This document shows, piece after piece, positions 43,141 to 56,661 of a stretch of DNA of 64,000 nucleotides. Under the pieces are notes generated by a model. The model was given only the letters and a program-made list of their open reading frames with translations. It did no database searches and had not been told where the DNA came from. A program made the position numbers and the translations under genes. Source of the stretch: the human T2T-CHM13v2.0 reference genome, Homo sapiens; NCBI RefSeq assembly GCF_009914755.1, contig NC_060941.1, one strand, 5' to 3'. Each line of letters opens with the position of its first letter. The stretch's first letter is position 1.

Positions 43141-46100
43141 GCTATTTTTGCTTCTGCATTTTTCCTTTTTTTAATTTTACTTTAAGATCCAGGATACATG
43201 TGCAGAAGGTAAAGGTTTGTTACACAGTTATACGTGTGCCACGATGGTTTCCTGCACCTATTAACCTGTCCTCTAGGTTCCCTCCTGTCACCCCCAACTC
43301 CCCAACAGGCCCTGATGTGTGTTGCTCCCCTCCCTGTGTCCATGTGTTCTCATTGTTCACCTCTCACTTATGAATGAGAACATGCAGTGTTTGATTTTCT
43401 GTTTCTGGGTTAGTTTGCTGAGGATAATGGCTTTCAGCTTCATCCATGTCCCTGCAAAGGACATTATCTCATTCTTTTTTATGGCTGCATAGTATTCCAT
43501 GGTGTATATGTACCACATTTTCTTTATCCAGCCTATCATTGATGGGCATTTGAGTTGGTTCCATGACTTCGCTATTGTAAATAGTGTTGCAATAAACATA
43601 AGTGCACACGTGTCTTTATAGTAGAATGATTTATATTCATTTGGGTATATACCGTGATGGGATTGCTGGGTCAAATGATATTTCTGGTTCTAGATTCTTA
43701 AGGAATCGCCATACTGTCTTCCATAATGGTTGAACTAATTAACATTCCCACCAACAGTGTAAAAGCATTCCTATTTCTCCTCAGTCTCACCAGCATCTAT
43801 TGTTTCTTGACTTTTTAGTAATTGCCATTCTGACTGGTGTGAGATGGTATCTCATTGTGGCTTTGATTTGCATTTCTCTAATGATCAGTGATGTTGAGCT
43901 TTTTTTTCATATTTTTGTTGGCTGCATAAATGTCTTCTTTTGAGAAGTGTTTGTTCATATCCTTTGCCCATTTTTTAATGGGGTTGATTTTTTCTTGTAA
44001 ATCTGTTTAAGTTTTTTTTAAAGTCTGGATATTAGACCTTTGTCAGACGGGTAGATTGCAAACATTTTCTCCCATTCGGTAGGTTGCCAGTTCACTCTGA
44101 TGATGGTTAATTTTGCTGTGCAGCAGTTCTTTAGTTTAATTAGATCCCATTTGTTAATTTTGACTTTTGTTGCAATTGCTCTTGACGATTTCATTATGAA
44201 GTCTTTGCCCATGCCTATGTTCTGAATGGTATTGCCTAGGTTTTCTTCTAGGGTTGTTATGGTTTTGGGTTTTACATTTAAGTTTTTAATCCATCTTGAG
44301 TTAATTTTTGTGTAAGGTATAAGGAAAGGGTCCAGTTTCAGTTTTCTGCATATGGCTTGCCAGTTTTCCCAACACCATTTATTGAATAGGAGACCTTTTC
44401 CCCATTGCTTGTTTTTGTCAGGTTTGTTAAAGACCCAATGGTTGTAGATGTGTGGTGTTAGTTCTGAGGTCTCTGTTCTATTCCATTGGTCTATATGTTT
44501 GTTTTGGTACCAGTATCATGCTGCAGCCTTGTAGTATAGTTTGAAGTCAGGTAGCATGATGCCTCCAGCTTTGTTCTTTTTGCTTAGGATTGTCTTGGCT
44601 ATATGGGGTCTTCTTTGATTCCATATGAAATTTAAAGTAGTTTTTTCTAATTCTGTGAAGAATGTCAATGGTACTTTGATGGTAATCGCATCGAATTTAT
44701 GAATTACTTTGGGCAATATGGCCATTTTCACAATACTGTTTCTTCTTATCCAAGAGGATGGAATGTTTTTCCATTTCTTGGTCTTCTCCTTTATTTCCTT
44801 GAGCAGTGGTTTGTAGTTCTCCTTGAAGAGGTCCTTCACATCCCTTGTTAGCTGTATTCCTAGGTATTTTATTTTCTTCATAGCAATTGCGAAAGAGAGT
44901 TCATTCATGATTTGGCTCTGTGCTTGTCTATTGTTGGTGTAAAGGAATGCTTGTGATTTTTGCACATTGATTTTCTTTCCTGAGATTTTGCTGAAGTTGC
45001 TTATCAGCTTAAGGAGTTTTGGGGCTGACATGATGGGTTTTTCTAAATATAGAATCATGTCATCTGCAAACAGAGACAATTTCACTTCCTCTGTTCCTAT
45101 TTGAGTACACTTTATTTTTTCTCTTGCCTGATTGTCCTGGCCAGAACGTCCAATACTTTGTTGAAGAAGAGTGGTGAGAGAGCGTATCTTTGTCTCGTGC
45201 TGGTTTTCAAAAGGAATGCTTCCAGCTTTTGCCCATTCATTATGATATTGGCTGTGGATTTGTCATAAATATGTTATTATTTTGAGATTATTTTGAAACT
45301 ATCAATACCTAGTTTATTGAGAGTTTTTAACATGAAGGCATGTTGAATTTTACCAAAGGCCTTTTCTATATCTAAAGAGATGATCATGTGGTTTTTGTCT
45401 TTGGTTCTGTTTATGTGATGGATTATGTTTACTGATTTGCATATGTTGAACCAGCCTTGCATCCCAGAGATGAAGCCAACTTGATCATGGTGGATAAGTT
45501 TTTTGATGTGCTACTGTATTCAGTTTGCCAGTATTTTAATGAGAATTTTCACATCAATGTTCATCAGGAATATTGGCCTGAAGTTTTCTTTTTTTGTTTT
45601 GTCTCTACCAGATTTTGGAATCAGGATGATGCTGGCTTCATAAAATGAGTTAGGGAGGAGTCCCTCCTTTTCAATTGTTTAGAATAGTTTCAGAAGGAAT
45701 AGTACCAGCTCCTTTTTGTACCTCTGCTAGAATTTCGTTGCGAATCCATCTGGTCCTGGGCTAGTTTTGATTGGTAGGCTATTAATTACTGCCTCAATTT
45801 CAGAACTTGTTATTGGTCTATTTAGGGATTTGATTTCTTCTTGGTATATTCTTGGGAGGGCGTATGTGTCCAGGAATTTATCCATTTTTTCTATATTTTT
45901 TAGTTTATTTCCATAGAGGCGTTTATAGTATTCTCTGATGGTAGTTTGTATTTCTGTGGGGTCAGTTGTAATACCCCCTTTATCATTTTTTATTGTGTTT
46001 ACTTGATTCTTCTCTTTTTGTCTTTATTAGTCTAGCTAGCCATCTATCTATTTTGTTAATTTGTTCAAAATAACAGCTCCTGGATTCGCTGATTTTTTGG

Positions 46101-49100
46101 AGGGTTTTTCATGTCTCTATCTTCTTCAGTTCTGCTCTGATCTTACTTATTTTTTGCCTTCTGCTGGCTTTTGGATTAGTTTACTCTTGCTTCTCTGGCT
46201 CTTTTAATTGTGATGTTAGAGTGTCGATTTGAAGTCTTTCTAGCTTTCTGGTGTGGGCATTTAGTGCTTTAAATTTCTCTTTTAACACTGCTTTAGCTGT
46301 GTGCCAGAGATTCTGGTATGCTCTCTCTTTGTTCTCATTGGTTTCAAATAACTTCTTGATTTCTGCCTTAATTTCATTATTTACCAGGAGTCTTTCAGGA
46401 GCAGGTTGCTTAATTTCCATGTAATTGTGTGGTTTTGAGTGAGTTTCTTAATCTTGAGTTCTAATTTGGTTTCACTGTGGTCTGAGAGCCTGTTTGTTAG
46501 GATTTCAGTTATTTCGCATTTGCTGAGAAGTGTTTTACTTCCAATTATGTGGCCAATTTTAGAATAAGTGCCATGTGGCACTGAAAACAATGTATATACT
46601 GTTGATTTGGGGTGGAGAGTTCTGTAGATGTCTATTAGGTCCACTTGATCCAGAGCTGAGTTCAAGTCCTGAATATCCTGTTAATTTTGTCTCATTGATC
46701 TCATATTGACAGTGGGGTGTTAAAGTCTCCCACTATCATTCTGTGGGAGTCTAAGTCTCTTTGTACATCTCTAAGAACTTGTTTTATGAATCTGGGTCCT
46801 CCTGTATTGGGTGCATATATATTTAAGATAGTTAGCTCTTCTTGTTCAATTGATCCCTTTACCATTATGTAATGCCTTTCTTTGTCTTTTTAAATCTTTG
46901 TTGGTTTAAAGTCTGTTTTGTCAGAAACTAGGATTGCAACTTCTGCATTTTTTTACTTTCCATTTGCTTGGTAAATTTTCCTCCATCCCTTTATTTTGAG
47001 CCTCTGTGTGTCTTTGCATGTGAGATTGGTCTCCTGAATATAGCACACTGATGGGTCTTGAGTCTTTATCCAATTTGCCAGTATGTGTCTTTTAATTGGG
47101 GCCTTTGGCCCATTTACATTTAAGATTAGTATTGTTGCATGTGAATTTGATTCTGTCATCATGACACTATCTGGTTATTTTGCATATTAGTTGATGCAGT
47201 TTCTTCACAGCGTCATTGGTCTTTATATTTTGGTGTGTTTTTATAGTGGCTGGTACCAGATTTTCCTTTCCATATTTACTGCTTCCTTCAGGAGCTCTTG
47301 CAAGGCAGACCTGGTAGTGATGAAATCCCTCAGCATTTGCTTGTCTGGAAAGAATTTTATTTCTCCTTTGCTCATGAAGCTTAGTTTGGCTGGATATGAA
47401 ATTCTGGGTTGTAAATTCTTTTATTTAAGAGTGTTGAATATTGGCCCCCAGTCTCCTCTGGCTTGTAGGGTTTCTGCTGAGAGGTCCACTGTTAGGCAAC
47501 CTGGCCTTTCTCTCTGGCTGCCCCTCACATTTTTTTCTTCATTTTGACTTTGGAGAGTCTGATGATTATATGTCTTGGGGTTGATCTTCTTGTGGTGTAT
47601 CTTAGTGGTGTTCTCTGTATTTCCTGAATCTGCATGTTGGCCTGTCTTGCTAGGTTGGGGAAGTTCTCCTGGATAATATCCTGAAGTGTAGTTTCCAGCT
47701 TGTTTCCATTCTCCCCATCTCCTTCAGGTACTCCAATCAATAATAGGTTTGCTCTTGTAACATAGTCCCATATTTCTCAGAGGCATTGTTCACTCCTTTT
47801 CATTCTTTTTTCTCTATTTTTTTTCTGCATGGCTTATTTCAGCAAGGTGGTCTTCAAACTCTGATATCCTTTCTTCCACTTGGTCAATTCAGCTATTGAT
47901 ACTTGTGTACACTTCCTGAAGTTCTCCTCTGTGTTTCTCAGCTTCATCAGGTCATTTATGTTCCTCTCTAAACTAGTTATTCTAGTTAGCAGCTCTTCTA
48001 ACCTTTTATCAAGGTTCTTTGATTCTTTTCATTGGATTAGAACATGCTCCTTTAGCTCAATAGAGCTTTTTATTTTCTGAAGCCTACTTCTGTCCATTTC
48101 TCCAGCTTATCCTCCATCCAGTTCTGTGCCCTTGCTGGAGAGACATTGCAATTATTTGGAGGAGAAGAGGCACTCTGGTCTTTAGGATTTTCAACGTTTT
48201 TTCATTAGTTCTTTCTTATCTTCATGAGTTTGTCTAGTTTCAATTTTGAGGCTACTAACCCTTGGATGGGGTTTTTGTTGGGACTCTTTTGTTGTCGATG
48301 ATGCTGTTGTTGTTGTTTCTTTCTGTTTATTTTTATTTAAATGGTCAGGTCCCTCTTATGTAGGACTGCTGTGGTTTCCTGGGGGTTCATTTCAGACTCT
48401 ATTCATCTGGCTTACTCCCATGCCTGGAGATGTCACTCAAGGAAACTGGGAACAGCAAAGATGTATGCCTGCTCCTTCTTGGATGTCTGACCTACAGGGG
48501 CACCAACCTGATGCCAGTAGGATCACTCCTGTATAGGGTGTCTGACAACCCCTCTTGGAGGTTCTCACTCAGTTGGGTGGCACTGAGAACAGGACCTACT
48601 TAACGAAGTACTTTGTCCCTTGGTGTAGGGGATGTGCTTTGCTTGGGGTAAATCCACTTATCTGGGCTGCCTGGATTCTTCAGAACTAGTAGGAGGAGAG
48701 GCTAAATCTGCTGCTCTGCAGAGACTATAGCCACCCCGCCCCCTAGAGGCTCAGGCCCAGGGAGCTCACAGTTTTGTCCCTGAGCCTCTGGCTGGAATTG
48801 TAGGAATTCTTGCAGGGAAGCCCCACCCAGTGAGGAAGAATGGGTTAGGGTCAGGCCTGAAGAGGCGTTCTGGCCACAGTCTGCCACAGCCGGTGTGTTG
48901 GGCTTTTGGGGGCACCTCTTGGGACCAAGCCGTCCAGCCTCCCTGGCTCCTGCAGGGGAAAAGTGCAGCCTGGAGCTATAGAGATGAATTCTGCCCTTCC
49001 CCACCCCAGGGAGCTTAGCGCATTAGGCAGTTATGAGTCCCAGTGCTGGCTGCTGCTTCTCCCTCAAGGAGCTCAAAAGGCTTAGAGAGCAGTCAGCTGC

Positions 49101-49540
49101 AGCTGTGGTGCTAGTCACCCCTCCTCCCAGGAACTAGGCAGGCTTAAGCAGATTCTAGCTGAGAGGCTGTTGAAAATCTGCACGGCTCCAGGATTGGGAC
49201 CCTAGGCCCCGGTGGCGTGGGTTCGTGAGTGGGATCTTTGGATCCATGGGTTGCACAGTTCTGTGGAACAAGCATGGTTTCCCTGGCTGGGTAGCATGCT
49301 TATTCACCACCTCCCTTGGCTGGGGGTGGGGGCTCCCCTGCCCTGTGTGGCTCTCAGGTGGGCCACGGCACCACACTGCTTTTCCTCCCTCTGTGTGGAT
49401 CATGCCATCGCCTAGTCAGTTCTGATGAGAGAAACTGGATACCTTAATTGCCAGTTCAGGATTCACACTCTAATTGTGATTCTTTTCGATGGGAGCCTCT
49501 GATGGCCACTGCTTCTATTCGCCCATCTTGGCCCCACGCT
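43141..49540 (-). mobile_element. Full-length L1PA8-like element with disrupted ORFs, inserted in a MIR
   Basis: 5' ggggccaagatgggcgaatagaagcag. ORF1 and ORF2 fragments (47525-47740, 46953-47162, 44516-45085 with LFADD). T-rich tail. TSD gaaaatgtaa at 43131-43140 and 49541-49550. Confidence 0.94.
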
Positions 49541-49574
49541 GAAAATGTAAATTCTGTAAGGTGAATTTAAGTGA

Positions 49575-49830
49575 TTCATTCAAAAATTACAATTCAGATA
49601 CAAGACATGCTGCTAGATGCTGAAGATACCATGGTGAGGAAGATCAAAATCTTTGTCCTCATATAAGATACATGTTACTGAAGGAGGCCTGTAATTAGAG
49701 GAGGAAGATTTAACCTAGACTAAAGGATCTTGTGAGGCATCTCAGAAAAGGTATTGTTTAAGATAACATCCAGTGGATGAATAGCCATTATCTAGTAGAA
49801 CATAGCAAGAGAATTTCTGCATTGGAAATT
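49575..49830 (-). mobile_element. L2 3' fragment
   Basis: ttcattcaaaaa...tgctgctagatgctgaagataccatggtgag...tgtcctcat. Confidence 0.6.
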
Positions 49831-51865
49831 GAAAAAAAGTACTTAGTCCAAAGAAGCAAAGAAGAGTGGAGCTATGATTTAAATCCAGGTCTGACAGACT
49901 CCAAATCATGAGCATGCTCACTTATCACCTGCAGAGGCAAATCAGGCTGTCTACCTCTGTAACTTCTTGCCAGCCCCCAATGAATATTTTCATATAAATT
50001 AAGTCAATTCCCAATTAATGTCAAAAGTACCCTTAAAGGTAAAATATTTGGACAAAAGGTGTTAAATCTAAGAGCTATATCAGTGTTTTTTTGTTTGTTT
50101 TTTGTCACCACCACCTCCCACCATCACCTATTCTGAGTCTTTCTTGATTTGCTGCCAAGCCATTCCATGACTCCTGACAGGCAATGTTCAAAGCAATCAG
50201 ATCAACTTACTGGCCAAGAGATAACCCAGAAAAGGGCCCCTGTTTGGTTTATATGTATTATATCCCCACAGCACTCACCAAAGACTCCTTGATCTGCACA
50301 CAAAGCTCTAAAGGAAGTAGCAATTTGAGAGGATCCAAAAGCTACTGAGAAAACAGAATAGATAGACTAAGACTGCTCCCTAAGGAGCTATTCTTCCGGA
50401 AGATTGGGTCTTCACCTTAGAGAGTAAGAAGGGAGAGGGACACAGGAGTTCTTACAAAACTAAGCCTGTATTTGAAACATCAGTTATGCCTTTGCCATGA
50501 CACACAAATTGAAAAAATAAACTTATGTTTGCCTAATTATAAGACCAAGAGCATCAAAGACAATATATGTGGACATGTTCACACATGCATCAGCAGTACT
50601 TCTTTATTTAGCATGAAAAAGTGAAATGTTGGCATTCATAACTTGATAACATTTTAAATGCCTTTCCCACATATCCTCTATTCCTGTACACCTTTCCTCC
50701 TTCTCCATTGAATTTGCTGTTTCCTACACAGGTGCATTACAAAAGATGCCAAGTATAAGCCAACAGATGTTGCCAAAAAAAAAGCAAGAAGCAAAAACAA
50801 AAGCTTTCCATTTCTTAAAAACATAAAGCCACACCTTCTTAAGAGGCTAGGGTCATGTACATCAGACTACACATTTATATTTATTTGAATTTGTTTTTAT
50901 GCCACCTCTAAATGGTGGATAAGTTTGTTGCTTTCATCAACAATGAAGGCAACATTAACATATTTCATCAGATGTAGCAATGGAAGTGGCACCTATGATA
51001 GCAGAGAAAGTTCTGTGCATCTGCAGTATGATCAATCTGAGAAAGCAAACACACTGCTTGGTGGAGCCTATGTGTGATGGGTAGGTTGAAGAGAGAGGGG
51101 GAAGGGGGCTGAGCAGGCTCTCCTCTGAGCTCAAAGACCTTCAAGAATGTAGAGTAAAAAAAAGAGAGAGAGAGAATGTAAACTAATAGGAAGCTGGAAT
51201 GACTTGTATTATCCATTTAAGACAGAGATAAATTAGACTTGTCCTATGTCCGTCTGATTTTCCGACTTCAATTTAGTATACATGAGATCTTTTATGACCC
51301 TGTTTATCATTGTGCATTGTAATGGCTGAAAATTTCATTGAAATGCATTTTTGAAGCATTTTTTCAGTTACTTTGAAATTTCTATAAGGTAAATTAGGCA
51401 ATATTTTCCATTCTCTCTGACCACCTGTCCTGCCACAGGAATGACCAATGGTCAGCATTCTCTGATTATTTCTATACGGGACAATGAGGTTCCCACCTTT
51501 TTTTTTTCCAGTTCTACCCATGTTTCACTTTGCCATACACATGTAATTCATTGCTTAATGCATCTCAATACATTTGTGTGTGTGTGATTTTAGTCCAGGT
51601 AAAATTATGCACATTTATTATTATTTATTCCAGAGAGTACAAAATACTAAGATTTTGAGGGGTAGAAAAAGCAAATAAATACCTGTGTAAGAATATAGTA
51701 ACTAACTGCTATATGTTAAAACCTACCTGGGTTGAAAAAATAAAAAATAATTACAGATGGAATGTAAAAGTAAGTGGACTCCCAGTAGGTGACTCAACCA
51801 ACACTGCAAGTTCTACTGCCCCAGATGGAAATACGTCTCTCGCCGCACCACCAAATAAGTCACTA

Positions 51866-52500
51866 CAATAGTTCCCACTTACCCACAAGAGATACGTTCC
51901 AAGATTTCCATTGGATGCCAGAAACTGTGGATAGTATCAAACCCTATATACACTATGTTTTTTCCTATACATAAATACCTATGATAAAGTTTAACTTATA
52001 AATTAGGCATTGTGAATGAGTAACAATAACTATAAAACAATAAATATGTCGATATACTGTGATAAAAGTTATGTGAACATGGTCTCTCTAAAAATAATAT
52101 TATTGTACTATACTCACCCTTCTGGTGATGATGTGAAACAATAAAATGCCTATATGGTAAGATGAAGTGAGGTGAATGATGTAGTTATTGTGATGTAAGT
52201 GGGAAAATTCCAGAAAGAGCAATTCATAAGTTTTAAACGGGACATCATTCAGAGTAGCATGATGAAATCTCACGCCATCCTTCTCCATTCTGCCTGGATT
52301 GTCGTTAGTTACTTAGTAGCTGCCATCTCAGTTATCAAGTGGACTGTCTTGGTATTGCAGTACTTATGTTCAGGTAACCCTTATTTTGCTTAATAATGGC
52401 CCCAAAGAGCAAGAATAATGATGTAATACCTTCAGGCTGCGATTGACTATGGGTGACTTACATTGTGGAATGTGAGACTATGGTAAAAGGGGGACCACTG
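51866..52500. mobile_element. MER44 (Tigger7-derived) DNA element
   Basis: TA|caatagttcccacttaccc...gtaaaaggggggaccactg|TA; ggatgccagaaactgtggatagta. Confidence 0.87.
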
Positions 52501-53581
52501 TAATTGAATTTGTGCCAACTAGAGTTCATTCTAAGCACCTGTTAAACAAATACATTTGTATTATTTTCATTAGTTCAATATAATATTTTCCTTGGTTGCA
52601 AAGGGAAATAATTAGTTTGTTCATGTATAAGCTTAGAGCTAAAGGTTTCTTTTCCTCTCTTCTCCCTTTGGAATAACTAAAGTTGAATGGAAACATAAAT
52701 GAGGTAGAACTGCTTGCTTTGAACACTTAATGTGAAGAGGTCATGTAATTTTTCTATTCCTGCTTATTCCAGTTCACCAAGATAGGAAATCCCGTGGATG
52801 GAAAAAAAAAAAAAGTTGGTTTGACTGCAAGGCATCCTGTGTTTTATATTTTAAGGAGCTGAGTTGGGCAGAATACAGTTTCATTCTACAAGAAGAAAAT
52901 GACAAGTGACTTTTACTGTGTGTCATCTAAAAAATATAGCTAGATATAGTTCAGTGTGGGGATTTCAAACAGGTTTCATCTCATATGCTAACTTTCATCA
53001 GTTATTGCTATCTGCCAGGGACAAGGGACCAGGAGTGGCAGCAGATATGCACATATTTGCCATCCTTTAATAAGAGTAATGAATTGGTAGTTCAGAGGAT
53101 CTGTGTTCAAGTTCCAATCTGATTATTTTATTGTGTTGTAACTCAACACAATCAAATGCTTTTGAGAGAGACAGAGAATTATGGAAGAAGAACAAAAAGG
53201 AGAGAAAGGGGGAATAAATAATGAAGGGAGAAAGAGAAAAGCTGAGGAAAAGAAACCACACTCAGAAAATAATTTGTGAAATAGTGGTAAAGAAGCACTG
53301 GATATTGCATCTTACACTTAATAAACATATGCTAGAATAAAAACTTTCGTACACAGATTGTGAGGGCTTTGATGTTGAATGACACAGTTGAGTTGGCAGA
53401 GTGGTTTTCTATCATCAGTCTCATCTAGTTCTGATAGGATGACTGTGGAGAAAGAGGTCCTACTGATAGCATGGCAGAGTGGAAAGAGAACCAAGGAGGC
53501 AGTCATAGAGGTCTGGATTTTAATTCTGGCTTTCCACTTAGTTTTCTCATTTTTAAATACAATTAATATAATAAAGGGCAA

Positions 53582-54025
53582 TGTGGAATTGACACTCCTT
53601 TTATCAGGGCTAGTCTTGTGACTGTCCCTAAGCAACAGAAAGTGGAAGCAGAAGTAATATTTATGTGTCTGGAGCCCTACTCTCTATAATGTCTTGCAGC
53701 TTCCACCTTCACTGCCTTGAAAGCCTGAGGCCATTATGAGTGAAGAAGGTCAGTCTACCCTACTGAAGACTGAAAAGCCACAGTAAGAGAAATGGAGTGC
53801 CTCAGTCAGCCTCAACTTCCAGATATCTGACTGAGGCTCCCTTGGAAACTCCATCCCCAGTGGAGCCATCAGATGACAGCAGCCACATGAGCCATGCCAG
53901 GTGAGACTGGGAGAAGAATCACCCTGATTATCAACCCACAGAATTATGAGAAATAACAAACTGTTATTATTTTATACCACTAAATTTTATAGTATTTTGT
54001 TACACCATAATAGATAACTAATACA
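53582..54025 (+). mobile_element. MLT1H/G-like MaLR LTR
   Basis: cttgtgactg...aacccacagaattatgagaaataa...atagataactaataca. Confidence 0.75.
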
Positions 54026-54159
54026 AGGACAAGGCTCACATTGTAGGATCATAACAAGGACTAAATAATATAATGTATTATGTAAAGAATTCAGTAAAGT
54101 ATGGATACTATTACCACAATTTAATGGTATTATTCATGCCCTGGTCACAGGGTTTTTAA

Positions 54160-54380
54160 TTGTGAGGTAATGTAGTATAAAAATTAAAAGCAAGGGTAAA
54201 AACTTTGAAGTCACTGTACCTGGCTCCACTCCACTCAGAGTGAGACCTCTGGTAAGCTGTTTATCTGTAAAAAAGGGATGGTAATTATACTCACCTGATA
54301 AGATTATTGTGTAGAATGGAGATAAGGCATGCATATCAATGAGCATAGTGCCTGGAACATAGTAAGCATTTAATAAAGTG
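54160..54380 (+). mobile_element. MIR
   Basis: tatctgtaaaaaagggatggtaat...gcatagtgcctggaacatagtaagcatttaataaa. Confidence 0.75.
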
Positions 54381-54856
54381 GTACTTAAAGATTTTAGTGG
54401 TTTTCCATTTTAAAATATCAATTTTTTAAATTCCTTTTATGGCAGATGTTATTATTGAGTAGAGATTTTATGAGCCTTGAGGCCAGCCTAGTGCTTCATC
54501 CCAGTCAAGGACATAGACAAGACAAAGGGCGCGTGAGGTCTTGCAGTGAAGAAGTTGACAACACATACAGGTGAATTTATGGCATCATATACAGGGTCAG
54601 TTACCACCAGATGGCTCAAAAGACAGGCATGGGCAGATGGCATTTTCTAGAGATCAGTCATGACTAGGTGGTTGCAGTTTAAATGAGTAAAAAGCAACAG
54701 ATAAAGCAATGAGTTTAAACTAAGAGAAGGAGTTGCATCACTCAATGAGTTATGAACAGTCTATCTGAGGTAAAACAAAGGCTGTTGACTCTATGCCTTA
54801 TTCTCAAGCACAATTCCAGGCATGTGCTGCTAAGAGTTAGTCACCGTTGGGTACTT

Positions 54857-55275
54857 TCTCAGTCCAGGTTGTCCAAAAAGTAGATGACAAGATGTGAATA
54901 AATTTGCAAGGGTGTTATTAGGGAAATACTTGTGTGAGAGAAAATGGGAAAGAATACAGACAATACTGGAGAGCCATCAAACCATGGTGCAAGTCTGGCC
55001 TCAAGAAATGGAGAAAGAGGAGGTTCTGTAAAAGTGTTTTAGACAATCATGGCCTCTGGGGAAGTTTTGATAAGGTCTTTCAGGGGGTTCTTGGGCCAAA
55101 GGTGTCCATCAGAGAAGTCCCATGTCTCCCAAGGATGCGTCTACCATAGGATCCCTGCCAAGCTCAGTTATTGGCTGGAAGCACCCATGGAAAGTATGGC
55201 CTCAGTACATATGTGGCCTCAGTACATATGTGGCAATAGACTTCAGAGCAAGGTACTTGGGGCACAGGTGCTACA
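54857..55275. mobile_element. ERVL LTR16-type LTR
   Basis: tctcagtccaggttg...ttattagggaaatacttgtg...ggagagccatcaaaccatggtgcaagtctg. Confidence 0.65.
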
Positions 55276-56119
55276 TCCACCAGGAACTCATTAATATTCT
55301 GGCAAAATTACCAGTGTGTTTTAGTTGTAAACATAAGGATGATATACAAGTGATAAAGCTACTCTGTGACCTGTTCTTAGTCTCACTAAAGGCAAGAAGG
55401 TTTCAGAGACTTGAAGTGGTTGGTCTCTGTTCTGAGATACTGGTTTTACTACTTTTACAAAAAGGCATGGCAAAAAGCAACATGTCTCTTTGAATAATTG
55501 ACAGACAAAGATCTGCCCAGCATTGGCTGAGTCGAGTGTTAAAAAGGTAACAGTAAAACTGAAATAGATCCTCTGACATCTCTGCTAACAAGAATAATTG
55601 CTTCTCCACAGAGAGACCTGAAAAGAGGCTGAATAGATGTCTGAAATCAAAGAATCTTTATCATCATTCATATTTCAAAGAATGCTATTTCATTATGATA
55701 TGTATGAAGATTTAGATCTCCAAAAGCAATCAAAGAGTTACCAAGTTCCCTGAATGAAACTATGTAATATTTTAATATTTACAACACAAACCCACTTGCA
55801 ATTTCAACCAAGCAAGTATATTCACCTCTCTTTCTCTCTTTAATTTTAAATATTTCCCTTTCAGTTCAAGTGAAATGTTTTGCAATAGCCAGATAAAAGC
55901 TCTTGAAAACACACATGACAATTTCTAGAGTATGCTATCCTGATATTTCTAAGTTCTATATTTTATTCCTGTAAGTATTTATCAAGAACTTACCTGTTCA
56001 TGCCCTTCCTTTATTTACAAGGGGAAATAAAGAAGACCAAACCAGAGTCCATATCCTCAGGAAATTTCCAATACCAATGAGCCTCCTTGAAGTCAGAAAA
56101 AAAAAATCTGTTAATCTCT

Positions 56120-56661
<542 letters not shown>

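Noticed and set aside
50271-50423. Possible plus-strand exon
   Set aside because: Weak pyrimidine tract and donor, stops in all frames, and no partner exons.
50860-51180. Possible minus-strand terminal exon (acceptor at 51139-51140, AATAAA at 50880-50885)
   Set aside because: AAG acceptor, and AATAAA is common in AT-rich DNA; too weak without RNA data.
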